Source of the DNA: Eledone cirrhosa
Taxonomy: Eukaryota
Direction of reading: 5' to 3'
Assembly (NCBI GenBank): GCA_964016885.1
Contig: OZ024743.1
Location: 244,342,001 to 244,406,000, forward strand
DNA length: 64,000 nt
Each line of letters starts with the position of its first letter. Within the stretch, counting starts at the first letter, position 1. The notes beneath the pieces were generated by a model. It saw only the letters and a program-made list of their open reading frames with translations. It was not told the DNA's origin and did not search any database. A program made the position numbers and the translations under genes. Positions 41,257 through 54,889 of this stretch are shown here, in pieces.

Positions 41257-41886
41257 CTCTATTTCAATGGTTGGTTCTCAGAAACCCAGGTCATATCCAG
41301 ATTTACAGATTCTGAGTTACAGTATAATAAAGCTCCATTCAAACACCACATTATCATGAGTAAGCTTTTCATACCTCAATAATTGTATACTTCCCAGCGA
41401 GGTTAAGTTTGAATAAGCATTTCCTTTCTTTCTTTATTTTATTATATTTGTTGTTGCCTGCTAATGATCGCTCCTATATTTGAGTATATTGGTATTGATA
41501 TATACACAATGTACACTCGAGTTTCCCATGTTGGATTCCTCCCCAAATTTTCCCTTGGTAAAATTTCTCCCTGGGAGCCAAGTGCCTCCCGTTTGAGAAT
41601 CACCATCTATGTCAACTCTGTGAAGGTGCATGCTTTGGTAGCTTTGGGGTTAGACTTACGATTGTGAGTCCGGTTGCCAACATCTTGTTGTGTCCTTCAG
41701 TAAGATATTTTATTTCACATTGCTCCAGACCACCCAGCTGGAAAAACTTGAGTCGTATCTGTAATTCAAAGGATCGGCCTTATCAAACAACTGGAAAACT
41801 TGTCGTCGGAACCAAATTAATTTTGAAATCACCGACTGGTGTTTGCGGTCCTTTAATCGAAGTGTTTCTACTTGACTTTGTTTTAA

Positions 41887-42527
41887 CCCTTTTGATACCA
41901 ATCCACCTAAAACAGCCTCGGCTTTTCTGAAGAAAAAACAACATATTTTAAAGGTTTTTTACTTATATAAAAACAGTTTATGTCACAAATACCATCTTAA
42001 TGAAATTATAATTTTAGCTATTCTTTTACGAATTTGACTGCTTATAAGCACCCAGCCCTCACTGTAAAGTGATCGTGCAGGTGACACGACAAAAATTATC
42101 CACTCCACACTGTAAAGTGGGTGTGTTGGTGTTACGACAAAAAACACCCAGTACACACTGTAAATGGGGTTGGCGTTAGAAAGGCCATCCAACTGTAGAA
42201 ACCAGGCCAAAATCAATTCTTTATGAGCAAGTCATCTAACCTGGCTTGTCTCACAACGGGACAACTCGTCTAATACATGTTAGCGTGGAAAATGGACATT
42301 AAGCGGTGTTAATGATGATGATGACTTCCTTATGTTTTAAAAATCTACTAAAATATTACAACTAGAATTACGATATAAAATGATAATAAAAAAAAAACGA
42401 TACCCTTCGCCTAACGTTCGTATATTTATTTTTTAACTGCCTGCCCAAAGAGAGGTACGTCTTATAAGCCGTCAAATGCGGTAATTAAAATAAAAAGTAT
42501 TTCATTAAAAATACGGTAACGTAAGGG
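41887..42527. mobile_element. piggyBac-type MITE with a nested SINE (~42050-42325)
   Basis: TTAA flanks; TIRs CCCTTTTGATACC / GGTAACGTAAGGG; internal copy of the GGCATCCAACTGTAGAAA...(GAT)n SINE. Confidence 0.7.
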
Positions 42528-43426
42528 TTAAAAGCTTATTGAGACACCTAGGAAATGGTGAGAAGGCACGTGGCAGTGTGAAAATATCTTAATAGCCATT
42601 GTACGAGGTAATCCTGTCAGCAGTGTGCTCTCTTGTCTTTACTAATCTATTGTGAATTATGTTTTTAACGTTAGGTTCTAGTTAAGGCGATAGAAGGCAG
42701 AATTGTTTGAGCGTCGGACAAAATGCTTTGTTGTATTTGCTCCAGTTATTTACGTAATGAGTTCAAACGTCACTGTGGACAACTTTACTTTCCATCCTTC
42801 CGGGGTTGATAAAATAAAATACCAGTAAAGCACTGGATCGATGTAATCGACTTACCCCGTCCCCCTCTCCACAAGCTGGTGGTCCTTTGTCTAAATTTGA
42901 AACCATTACGTTCTAAGTTGAAATCTCATCCCGGTTAATTTAGCCATTCATTCTTCCGGGTCCATTAAAATAAAGTACGAATCTGTTTCTTCTTCCCCCA
43001 AACATGTTGGCCTTGAGTCGAAATTAGAAACTACTATTATAAAAAGTTGTTATTTATATTATAAGTGCAAGTATGACAGCTGTAATTAAGGAGTTCGCTT
43101 CGTAACACGTGGTTCTAGGTTCATTCCCAATGCGTGGCATCTGGGGCTGGTGTCTCCTACTTTAACTTCGGATTGACCATTTACCTTCTTAGTGAAATTT
43201 GGTACACCGAAACTGAGTGGAAGTCCACCTTGTATGTGTGTCTTTGTTTGTTTGTCCGGCAATGTAACGGCTTGACAAAATGATATCGATAAAATAAATA
43301 CTCGGCTTTAAAAAATAGGTAATGGCGTCGATATGATTGACTTTTAAGGCGGTGTCCTAGCATGGCATCAGCCAAATTACTGAAACCATCAAAATATTAA
43401 AATATTGCGTAAAAATTAATGTAATG

Positions 43427-43617
43427 CAGACCTGCCAACCTCTAAAAACCCGAACGGTGAGTACCATGAAAAGAGTGCCTCCAAACGGGAAGAAATGAGG
43501 CAAAATGGGGAGATTTGACATAATGAAAGCTATATCCATTTTCACAAGAGAAGACATCTCTCACCCATCCCAAAGTGGGTGGGAGATCTTCCCGTCCGAC
43601 GGGGAGAGTTGACTGTC
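43427..43617. mobile_element. Decayed hAT-like MITE
   Basis: CAGACCTGCCAACC start, GGGAGA subterminal motifs, GAGAGTTGACTGTC end. Confidence 0.4.
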
Positions 43618-44777
43618 AATATGTAATTACTAATATGATATAATATATCACCGAATCTCCTAAGGGATTACATTAAAGGTTCATGTGTCTGTGGAAAACT
43701 CACCCACAAATAGACAGTTTCGTTGATCGAACAACTAGAACAAACATCGTCGAATCCGATGGAGGTTCATTTATTTATTTATCTATGTATCTTAATTACT
43801 GTAGTAGTGGTGGTGGTGGTGGTGGTAGTAGTAGTAGTTTTTGTTTGTTTGTTTGAAGGGTGGGGGTGAGTGCTGCTACTGCAGTCACTCATTTCACTAA
43901 AGTTTCTCCTTCATAGTAAATCAAACAGATGGCCTGGCTCAGAACTTTAGCGAGCAAGTAACCCTAATTTTTGACTTAACACTTTTCTCCAGTTCGCACA
44001 CAAACACATACACACATACACACAAGAACTACCTTTTTCAAACATCGTTTCTTCCAGCGCGCACATGCATATGTGTATGTGTGTGAGAGAGAATAGAAAA
44101 AAGAGTGCATACGCATCTGTGTGTGTTGGTGTATTGGTTTTGTTTTACAAGTGCGAATAACTATTACAATATCTTTATGCGAATTATGTAAACTTTACAG
44201 TGTGATTAGATATTCAAAACCGACATACGCACACACATATATACGTATAAATATATATATATGGGGGGGGGGGGGGGTCTTTGCGAAAAGTAAACGGAAA
44301 ACAACACAGCAAAGGATACAATAAAGATATATATTAGCTTGACACTTGATGTAGTAGGGAAAGTGTCTTAACATTTTGGACGCTAACCATTCAAAATTAG
44401 TTGGAAAATATAAGCAGTGTTTTTCATTCTGAACATGCTAATTAAAGAGTTATTAATGCAATTCTCAGACAAATTCAACGTTACATAGTGTGTAAGAAGA
44501 GTGGACATTAAAATTACAGGCACATTTCAGTCTTATTAGTCCTCTCTAGAGCAGCATATTTTATTCAGTTGGCAAGGCAGAGAGTAATCAATAAATACAT
44601 AATGACATGCTACATTTCTTTGTATATATATATATATCAGATAGGGTGTGGTAAATACCAACTAGACCATAACCCACCAGAGTACTCGATACTTGGGATA
44701 GTAGAGTGGCGTTTCGACAGCTAGATCCGAACTGTCAGAACGGCCGGAGCTCAGCAGTCGGGGTCCTAAATCTTTTC

Positions 44778-44866
<89 letters not shown>

Positions 44867-45147
44867 CAGTGGCGAAGAGTAACCTGGAAAGCAGAGCATG
44901 CAGTCCAATCGCCATGGCGGAAAGTGGGGCTATGCAGCCTTACCCCTCCCTCCCATTCCCTCTAGATGACCCTCCCGATCAAAGCCGCATGTAGTGTTAT
45001 CTAGTGTGTGGGTGTGTTATCCTTTTTGTGTCTATACGTTTTAGTAAGCAGCCAAAATTCTGCTTGCTTCAACCGACGCAATTGATCAACTCAAGATTCT
45101 ATAACGCATCCACTGCATGCGTTACATGCACGGACCCTTCGCCCCTG
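44867..45147. mobile_element. MITE with CAGTGGCGAAG/CTTCGCCCCTG TIRs
   Basis: Terminal inverted 11-mers plus an internal inverted GCATGCAGT/ACTGCATGC. Confidence 0.65.
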
Positions 45148-45153
45148 TATATA

Positions 45154-45394
45154 CAGGGGTGGTAAAGTTGGGGGGGGGGGGGGGTATGAGCCCACCCCTA
45201 GTAATTTTTTTCTCCCCAACTAACAGAACATCTATATGTATATGCGCTACAATTTATGTACATGTTGTTTATCGCATATCGAAGTTTTTTTATATATTGG
45301 TTGCTATTTGATAACAGCTAAACTAATCACTACAACTAAATTGACCAAATTTGCCCCCCCCCCACCCGATTCAGAAATGCTTCCACCACCCCTG
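45154..45394. mobile_element. MITE with CAGGGGTGGT/ACCACCCCTG TIRs
   Basis: Perfect 10-bp TIRs in a TA context; interior is homologous (inverted) to 14525-14685. Confidence 0.7.
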
Positions 45395-45425
<31 letters not shown>

Positions 45426-45429
45426 CGTG

Positions 45430-48269
45430 TGTAAAAGGTAAACAGAAATAACAACACAATCGGTACAGTATATGGAAGGGATATATTAGGTTAGCGCTTG
45501 ATATAGCAGGAAGAGGGTCTTAACGTTTCGGACGCTAGTCCTTCATCAGAAGAAAGAATGAGAAATAAGATAGATTGAGGGGACGGGCGGGATGGTATTG
45601 GAAAAAAATGTCTTTAGATAAAAATAACAGGTCCATTCATGTTGACATCTCTTGGAAAACTGTTAGTGCTGGCGTTTTGTGTATGATTTATTTTTTTAGA
45701 AAAGTGGATGATGGAAAAAAAAACCGTTTTGTAAAAAGAGCTATACTTGTGCACGTGCGTATAATAACACACAAGTATGTGTGTTATTATACGTCCGTGC
45801 GAAGCTAAAAAGAAAGGTGTGTGAATATGTGAGTAAAAGAGTGTGTGTGCATGTAAGTACGAAGCTATGAGCAAAAGTATGTTAATATAAGGGTGTGTAT
45901 GTATACAGAGCAGTGAAGGGAAAAGTGGAGTGAGCATATATAGTCGTCATGTATTAGTTGTAAGAGAAGTTTCTAATGATCAAGAAAAAGCGATAGGAAT
46001 CTAGGGGTGTGAAAAGGACGGAGTATTAGAGAAATTGGGGAGGTGAGTTGAGTTTAAGGGGGAAATAGGGCCCAAGGCGGTGAATCAGACTTTGTTCAGT
46101 CCTGGTGCGCGAGGCCTGTGATCCATGATGTAAAAGGACACCCAGGACTGAAACATGTAGGGAAGAATGACTAGAAGAACAGAAATGATGGGCGACAGGA
46201 GTATCCAAACAGAGTCGTATGTCCCTCAAATGTTCGGCAAAACGGTCCGCCATACGGCGTTCCGTTTGTCCGATATATAAAGACCCGCAAAGGGAACACC
46301 GGAGGGTGGATATGCAGGTGAAGGAATGGCGGATACGGAAAGACCCGTTAGGGCCTGTAAGAGTGGAAATAAAGGGACAAGTGAGGGTGGAAATAAAGGG
46401 ACAAGTGTTGGAACGGGAACAAGGATGAGAGACGGCTGGAGTCGTGGGAGAGGACGAAAAGGAACTGCGAACCAGGGCGCGCTTAAAAGCAGTCATGGGT
46501 GGGTTTGGAAAAAAGCGAGAAGTGACGGGGTCAGAAGAGAGGATACGGAAGGAAACGGAGGATATGTCGCCGGAGTGGTAGGGTGATGGGGTGGTAGGTG
46601 AGAGGGAAAGGAACACAGGTGTTAGGAGGGCGGGGGGTGAGGTGAGAGGGCTGTGGTGCGGTCTGTTTCACGGGCGCGGGTGAGAGGGGGGATATCCACA
46701 CTGGATGAAGCAGGAAGCCATGCGAAGGGAATGGGTTTCGAAATCGTCGTCCTGGCTACAGAGTCGACGAAAACGGAGGAATTGGGAATAGGGTATGGAG
46801 TGTTTGGTGTGGGTTGGATGGGAGGAGGTGAAGTCGAGATAAGATTGGGAGTCTGTTGGTTTAATGAAGATGGAAGTAGAGAGGGTGTGATGAGAGTGAT
46901 AAATAGATAGAGAGATATCTAGAAATGCGACAGAAGAATCGGAGACGGAGGCGGTGAAATTGAGAGCAGGTTGGAAAGATTGGACAAAAGAAAGAAAACA
47001 GTCGAGCTGTTTTCGTGATAGAGAGGTGGCGCCGATACAGTCGTCGATATAACGACCGTATAGCTCTGGAGTCGGTCCAGTGCACTAGGAGAAGATCTGG
47101 GCTTCGACGTAGCCAACAAACAAGTTGGCATAGTTTGGACCTATTCTGGTTCCCATCGCTACCCCAGAGACCTGCTGATAAAATTCACCCGAAAAAGAAA
47201 ATCCATTAAGGGTGAGAACAAGCTCAGCCAGACGGAGAAAAGTGGTAGTGCTGGGGTAAGGGGTAGGGTGTAAATCTAAAAATTGTTGGAGAGCGCGGAG
47301 ACCGTCATCATGAGGGATGACGGTATAGAGAGAGGTCACATATCCAGGGTAAAGAGAAGGCGCGTGTGACCAGGAGGGAAGGAGAAAGAGTTGAAGAGTC
47401 TTAGGGCAAGATTTGTATCGTGGATGTGGGGTGAGATTGCCGACCAACGGGGCGAGGATGGTGTCTAAATATTCAGAAATTATCTCGGTGGGGCAGTTGC
47501 ACGCAGATAGGACGGCCGGGATTATTTTGTTTGTGTATTTTGGGGAGGAAGTAGATGGTGGGTGTGCGAGGGGTGCGTACAATAAGGTTGGCGGCTGGAG
47601 GGGGGGGGGGTATCCACGAGTGGGGTCGGGGGATAAAGGGCGGTAAAAAGGGGTATTGTGAAGCTGGCGGAGAGCCTCAGCCCTATAGAGGTCAGCGCCA
47701 CCTTTGTCAGCGGGTTTGATGACAATGTCATCTCGACGCCGAAGGTTGCGAAGAACGGAGAACCCAGTCCGCGTGGTGTTAGAGCGACGAGAATGCTGGT
47801 GGAAATGGAACCGATTCACAGTACGCCGGCAAGTATCGACAAAGGAGTCGAGGGTGCTGAACTGGCCAGAGCTCGGCGTTCAATGTGATTGCCGGTGACT
47901 GAGAGGAGTGAAGTCATCCGTCTGTGTCCATGATGGCGTGTCGTGAAAAGAAGCTTTCAGCTTTAATCGACGGAAGAACCCTTCAATCTCGGCACGTGTG
48001 AGGAACTCGTCGCAGGTAGATGTGGTTGGTATAAAACGCAAACCACGGGTGAGGAGGGTGCGCTCAGCTTCGGAGAGTAGTAGGTCCTGGGGTATGGTGA
48101 CTACAGTGCAGCGACGTGAGGGAATGAAAGAGGCGGAGGGCTCAAGGGGTTTGGGCAAAAGCGTGTGCAGATTCAGTGGTGGGGAGCGGAAAGGGGGTTG
48201 GAGGTGATATGAGTATAGGTGGTGACGGCAGGCGGGGAGCAGAGAGAGTCGAGTTTGTGGTTTTTTACG

Positions 48270-48270
<1 letters not shown>
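45430..48270 (-). mobile_element. Penelope-like retroelement (Neptune-type), decayed
   Basis: LSEAERTLLTRGLRFIP, FFRRLKLK, IVIKPADKGGA, VTSLYTVIPH, FYQQVSGVAMGTRIGPNYANLFVG, YIDD, Cys linker, GIY-YIG YIGQTERRMADRFAEH...VAHHF; 3' UTR with a hammerhead; microsatellites on both sides. Confidence 0.93.
45518..45553 (-). ncRNA. Minimal type I hammerhead ribozyme
   Basis: TCTT-CTGATGA-A-GGAC(TAGC)GTCC-GAAACGTT-AAGA; palindromic ACGT replaces stem III. Confidence 0.85.
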
Positions 48271-48323
<53 letters not shown>

Positions 48324-49338
48324 ATCTGAATAATACTGTCGTTATTATAGACTGTACTGGTTCATTAGTGTTAATATAACGTTAGGGTGAACAATAACAG
48401 TTCAAAGGAGGATGAATTGAGAAAACCTGAAATGAATGTCACCTGGATCTCTGACAACCATTGATTTAGATGAAGGTATTTGTATTTTGGAGGATCCCCA
48501 GTTAACAAAACATCTTTCAGTTTTTTACTGTACAGAATTGCCATTTAATATGTAAACAGATGAAATTGATATTAACATTTTTTTGTTTGTGTGTGTATTT
48601 GTGTATACCTGATCATGTATGTTAATGTGTGTATGCATGTGAAGGTGTGTGGCTTGGTGGTTAGGGTGTTCGGCGCATGACCGTAAAGCCATGAGTGCGA
48701 TTCCCGGCGGTGAATCAAGCCCCGTTGCTCGAATTCAGTTGGATAAAGAGAGTTGTATCTGTAATACAAAGTGCCAGTCAGCCTTGTCACAGACTGTGCC
48801 ACGTTGAATCTCCCTATGAAATACGTTAAAGGTACAAATGTATAAGGAATGCTTAGCCACTTACACGTTATTTCCACGAACAGGCTGGTCAATCAATTGA
48901 AACACTCATCGTCGCAACCGACGGAGGTCCGTAGTAATATTGATTATATATACACACACACACACACACACACTCTATGTATGTGTGTGTGTGTGTATAA
49001 ATATATGCACACAGGCACATATATGTATGAGCGTATATTGCTTCACTAAGAAGCTGTATTTTCATATATGTATATATCTTCATCATTGTTGCAGTTTTTC
49101 TGTTTATTGTTATTGTTATTCGTTTAGACTTTCTATTCTGGGTGAAAAAAGTGAAAGGGCGTTCTTACCTAAATAAAGAAAATAGTTGGGGTGGGGCGGT
49201 TACCACTCTCTGCTCCCGCTAACGTATATATACACATATCTGCAGACCTACACACGTAACATTGCATATATATATTTATTAAAATAACAGATTAAAGTTT
49301 AAGCAAAGAATTTGGATTTTAGTCTTCAAATTTATTAT

Positions 49339-49404
<66 letters not shown>

Positions 49405-49840
49405 GCAGTACTAAATACCATAACAAAATCATTGAATGGAAATAATACGTTATAAAATTATATATAAGACAAACCACAAGCCCTCCATCGCAATTATACT
49501 TTTGAAAAGCATAAGATCTGTGAAACCGGTAAAGGAAATAAATCAATATTCTTAAAAAGATTCCACTTGCATTTTCGATTTCTTTTCCTTATACTTTCAT
49601 CTCGTTTTTTTTTTTTAATAAAAAAAAAACGAGATGAAATAGATATGTATATATATATATTTACATATGTGTGTGTGTGTGCGTGTATGTGTATATATAT
49701 ATATTTATATATATATTTATATATATTTATTTATTTATTTATATAGATGTATATATATATATAGTTCGGCGGCGAATTGGCTGAGTTCAAATCCCACCAA
49801 GGTTAACTTTGCCGTTCATCCTTTCGAGGTCGATAAATAA

Positions 49841-49885
<45 letters not shown>

Positions 49886-49890
49886 TATAT

Positions 49891-50332
49891 AACCAAAGAT
49901 TAATATGATTTATTGGTTACTCAATGAATATAGTTTTATAATAGATTAAAAGCACTCTACAATGAAGTTTTCTGGAGTTATTAATATTATTCAGAATATT
50001 AATAAATGAAGACATTCACATAATCAAAATATATGTTTTATTATATATATTTCGAAGGTACTGTGCTGTTTTTTCAGTACGTCCTCGTCAGATAAAATAC
50101 ATGAATTGATGTATGACATACCTCAACGGTCTTGATGGTTCAATTCCAATGACTGCCAATACTGGAATTGAACCATCAAGACCGTTGAGGTATGTCATAC
50201 ATCAATTCATGTATTTTATCTGACGAGGACGTACTGAAAAAACAGCACAGTACATTCGAAATATATATAATAAAACATATATTTTGATTATGTGAATGTC
50301 TTCATTTATTAATATTCTGAATAATATTAATA
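49891..50332. mobile_element. Head-to-head inverted hammerhead cassette (inverted pLTR-like)
   Basis: 170-bp arms 49979-50148 / 50163-50332 with one mismatch and a 14-nt loop; (TA)n at both ends. Confidence 0.88.
50214..50275 (+). ncRNA. Type I hammerhead ribozyme (mirror copy 50036-50097 on -)
   Basis: TTTTAT-CTGACGA-GGACGTACTG..CAGTACATTC-GAAA-TATATA-TA-ATAAAA. Confidence 0.85.
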
Positions 50333-50974
50333 TATATATAAAGTTGTCAAATAGCTTTCCTGGGTTTGTCACAACTACGAACACTATATGAACTACTATA
50401 TCATCATCATCATCATTATCATCATCATCACCGGTTAACGTCCATTTTTTCCACGCTAGCATGAGTTAGACGAGTTATCCTGTTGTGTGAAATACCAGGT
50501 CAGGTAACCACGTGTTGCTCATGCAGGACTGATTTGGGTTTGGTTCTTACAGCTGGATGCCCTTCCTAACGCCAACAGTGGATTCATTTACTGTTGGCTA
50601 GGCCGAGAGGTGGAAGAGAAAAAAAGCAGTGGGACAATTGTATAGCAGACGAGCGTCGAATTTGTAAAACAAGGATATTTATAAGATCCATCACAATGGT
50701 CAGTTGACCATCAAGCTCTGGGGGATCATAATTCGATACGTTGCATGCAAGATTGTTTAGATCATCAATGGCTGTTTAGCATAGTGGTTAGAGCAGTCAG
50801 CAGGTATTGAGAGATATGAAGTTCGATTCCTGGTAGCTGTCGCTGTCACCTTTTCCCGTCTATATGGGTATTTTACCCGATTTTATAAGCTATTATTTTT
50901 AGCAACCAACTGCGTTTCCTGCTTTAATCTCTCGCTCTCATTTTTTTTCTCATGTATATATGTATACATATACA

Positions 50975-51288
50975 CCCCGTTCTATGTAAAGTTATGTTGG
51001 TGCCGCGCCATCCAGGCCGAAACAAATGAGATCGTGTAGGTGTCACGACAAAAAAACACACAGTCCACGCTGTAATGTGGCCGTGTAGGCAACACGGTAA
51101 AAACCTCCCAGACCCACACTGTAAATGTGGTTGGTGTTAGGAAGGGCATCCAACTGTAGAAAACCTGCCAGACAGTCCTATGCGAGCAAGACAATCACTC
51201 TTGCCTCAAGTGGGACTACCCCCGTCCAAACCCATGCAAGCATCGAACACGGACGTTAAACGTTGATGATGATGATGATGATGATGAT
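50975..51288 (+). mobile_element. SINE-like element family D with (GAT)n tail
   Basis: TTAGGAAGGGCATCCAACTGTAGAAA core and GGACGTTAAACG(TGA)n tail; related copies at 42050-42325 and 50400-50580. Confidence 0.75.
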
Positions 51289-51337
51289 ATACATACACAT
51301 AATATATGTTTTACTTTCGTTTTCCTTGTTGGCATTG

Positions 51338-51403
<66 letters not shown>

Positions 51404-51696
51404 GAAAGAGGGGGAAAGGGAAAGTAATACTCATATTTGTGTGAAAGCCAATAGGTTGTTGTAAGTGCGTAGTACTTGCAGCACCCACATTGAATTGAGT
51501 TTCAGCTGCGTGCCGTACCAAATGCTCCACTCTCTTGTGTATATAATATGATATCTGTGTACTAGTGTTATGTTCTCATAGAAATGCTCAGCCTTTTCAC
51601 AAGTCATACTTATCTGTACAAGTTTATACATTCATATGTGTGTGTATATATATGTATATATATATATACATATGTATATACATATGTATATACATA

Positions 51697-51728
<32 letters not shown>

Positions 51729-51970
51729 CATACATATGTATAATACATATATATGTATATACATATATATGTATATACATATATATGTATATATATATAT
51801 ATATATGTATATACATATATATATATACATATGTATATACATATATATATATACATATGTATATACATATGTATATATATATATACATACATATGTATAT
51901 ACATATATATGTATATATATACATACATATGTATATACATATATATGTATATATATATATATACATATGC

Positions 51971-52048
<78 letters not shown>

Positions 52049-52064
52049 GCATATACATATATAT

Positions 52065-52816
52065 CATCATCATCATCATCATCAACGTTTAACGTGTTCC
52101 ACGCTTGCATGGGTTTGGACGGGGGTAGTCCCACTTGAGGCAAGAGTGATTGTCTTGCTCGCATAGGACTGTCAGGCGGGTTTTCTACAGTTGGATGCCC
52201 TTCCTAACACCAACCACATTTACAGTGTGGGGCTGGGAGGTTTTTACCGTGTTGCCTACACGGCCACATTACAGCGTGGACTGTGTGGCGGGTTTTCTAC
52301 AGTTGGATGCCCTTCCTAACACCAACCACATTTACACTGTGGGTCTGGGAGGTTTTTACCGTGTTGCCTACACGGCCACATTACAGCGTGGACTGTCTGG
52401 CGGGTTTTCTACAGCTGGATGCCCTTCCTAACACCAACCACATTTACACTGTGGGTCTGGGAGGTTTTTACCGTGTTGCCTACACGGCCACATTACAGCG
52501 TGGACTGTCTGGCGGGTTTTCTACAGCTGGATGCCCTTCCTAACACCAACCACATTTACACTGTGGGTCTGGGAGGTTTTTACCGTGTTGCCTACACGGC
52601 CACATTACAGCGTGGACTGTCTGGCGGGTTTTCTACAGCTGGATGCCCTTCCTAACACCAACCACATTTACACTGTGGGTCTGGGAGGTTTTTACCGTGT
52701 TGCCTACACGGCCACATTACAGCGTGGACTGTGTGTTTTTTTGTCGTGACACCTACACGATCTCATTTGTTTCGGCCTGGATGGTGTGGCACCAACATAA
52801 CTTTACATAGAAGGGG
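52065..52816 (-). mobile_element. Inverted near-identical copy of 50975-51288 with an internal 112-bp unit amplified five times
   Basis: Units start at 52175, 52287, 52399, 52511 and 52623. Confidence 0.9.
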
Positions 52817-52911
52817 CTTGTTTATATATATATATATACATATGTATATACATATATATGTATATACATGTATATATGTATATATATATATGTATATACA
52901 TGTATATATGT

Positions 52912-52948
<37 letters not shown>

Positions 52949-53004
52949 CATGTGTATGTATATATGTGTATGTATATATATGTGTATGTATATACATGTG
53001 TATG

Positions 53005-53063
<59 letters not shown>

Positions 53064-53298
53064 GTATATGTATATATATGTATGTATGTATATGTATGTA
53101 TATATATGTATGTATGTATATGTATGTATATATTATATATGTATGTATATGTATGTATATATTATATATGTATGTATATATATGTATATATTATATATGT
53201 ATGTATATATATGTATATATTATATATGTATGTATATATATTTATATATTATATGTATATATTATATATGTATATATATATATATGTATATATATATG

Positions 53299-53413
<115 letters not shown>

Positions 53414-53436
53414 GTATATATATATATGTATATATA

Positions 53437-53932
<496 letters not shown>

Positions 53933-54514
53933 CATATATACATATAGCGGAGGAGAAGGTACATGAGGTAATTAGAAATGGAAGAAGAGTAATAATAATA
54001 ATCTATAATTAATTGTTTCTACTTTAGGCACAAGGCCAGCAATTACTCAGTACATTACTGGTACTTTATTTTATCGACCCCGTAAGGATGAAAGGCAAAG
54101 TCAACCTCGGCGGGATTTGTAATTAATAGTGTATAATAAGGCATGGGGAAGATTACACTATAATAAGGTGTAAAGGTAAGAATAAGGTAAAATATAAAGG
54201 AGGATAAAAGTGGAAATAATACTAAAGATAAAAAATATATATAGAGAATATATAAGGAAATATAAGCGAATATTTGGAGGGGAAAACACAATGTAAAAAA
54301 ACCGATTTTTTTCAAACAATAATAAAAAATAATAAAAGTAATAAAAAATATAATAATTATGGGGGGAGAAAACAGGATAGAGAAATATGATCAAGTGTGA
54401 TTCGTTGAGAGAATATAGGATGATAACAGTTGAGTCCAGTTTATACATCTTAATAATAAATAATAAACAATATGTGTATCAGAGTTGCAGAACCTTCAAT
54501 TCACTTACGGGTTC

Positions 54515-54636
<122 letters not shown>

Positions 54637-54889
54637 ATATATATATATGTATATATGTATATGTATGTATATATATGTATATGTATGTATATATATGTAT
54701 ATATGTATATGTATGTGTATATATGTATATGTATGTATATACATGTATATATGTATATATGTATGTATATATGTATATATATATATATACATGTATATAT
54801 GTATATGTATGTTGTTATACTTTGGGAGGGTCATGTTGCCAATAAGAAACACACGCACCAGTTGCTTTCACTTCAATTTATTATAATAA

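Noticed and set aside
52175-52734. Regularly spaced 112-bp array as CRISPR or a coding repeat
   Set aside because: Whole units are near-identical and derive from the SINE seen as a single unit at 50975-51288.
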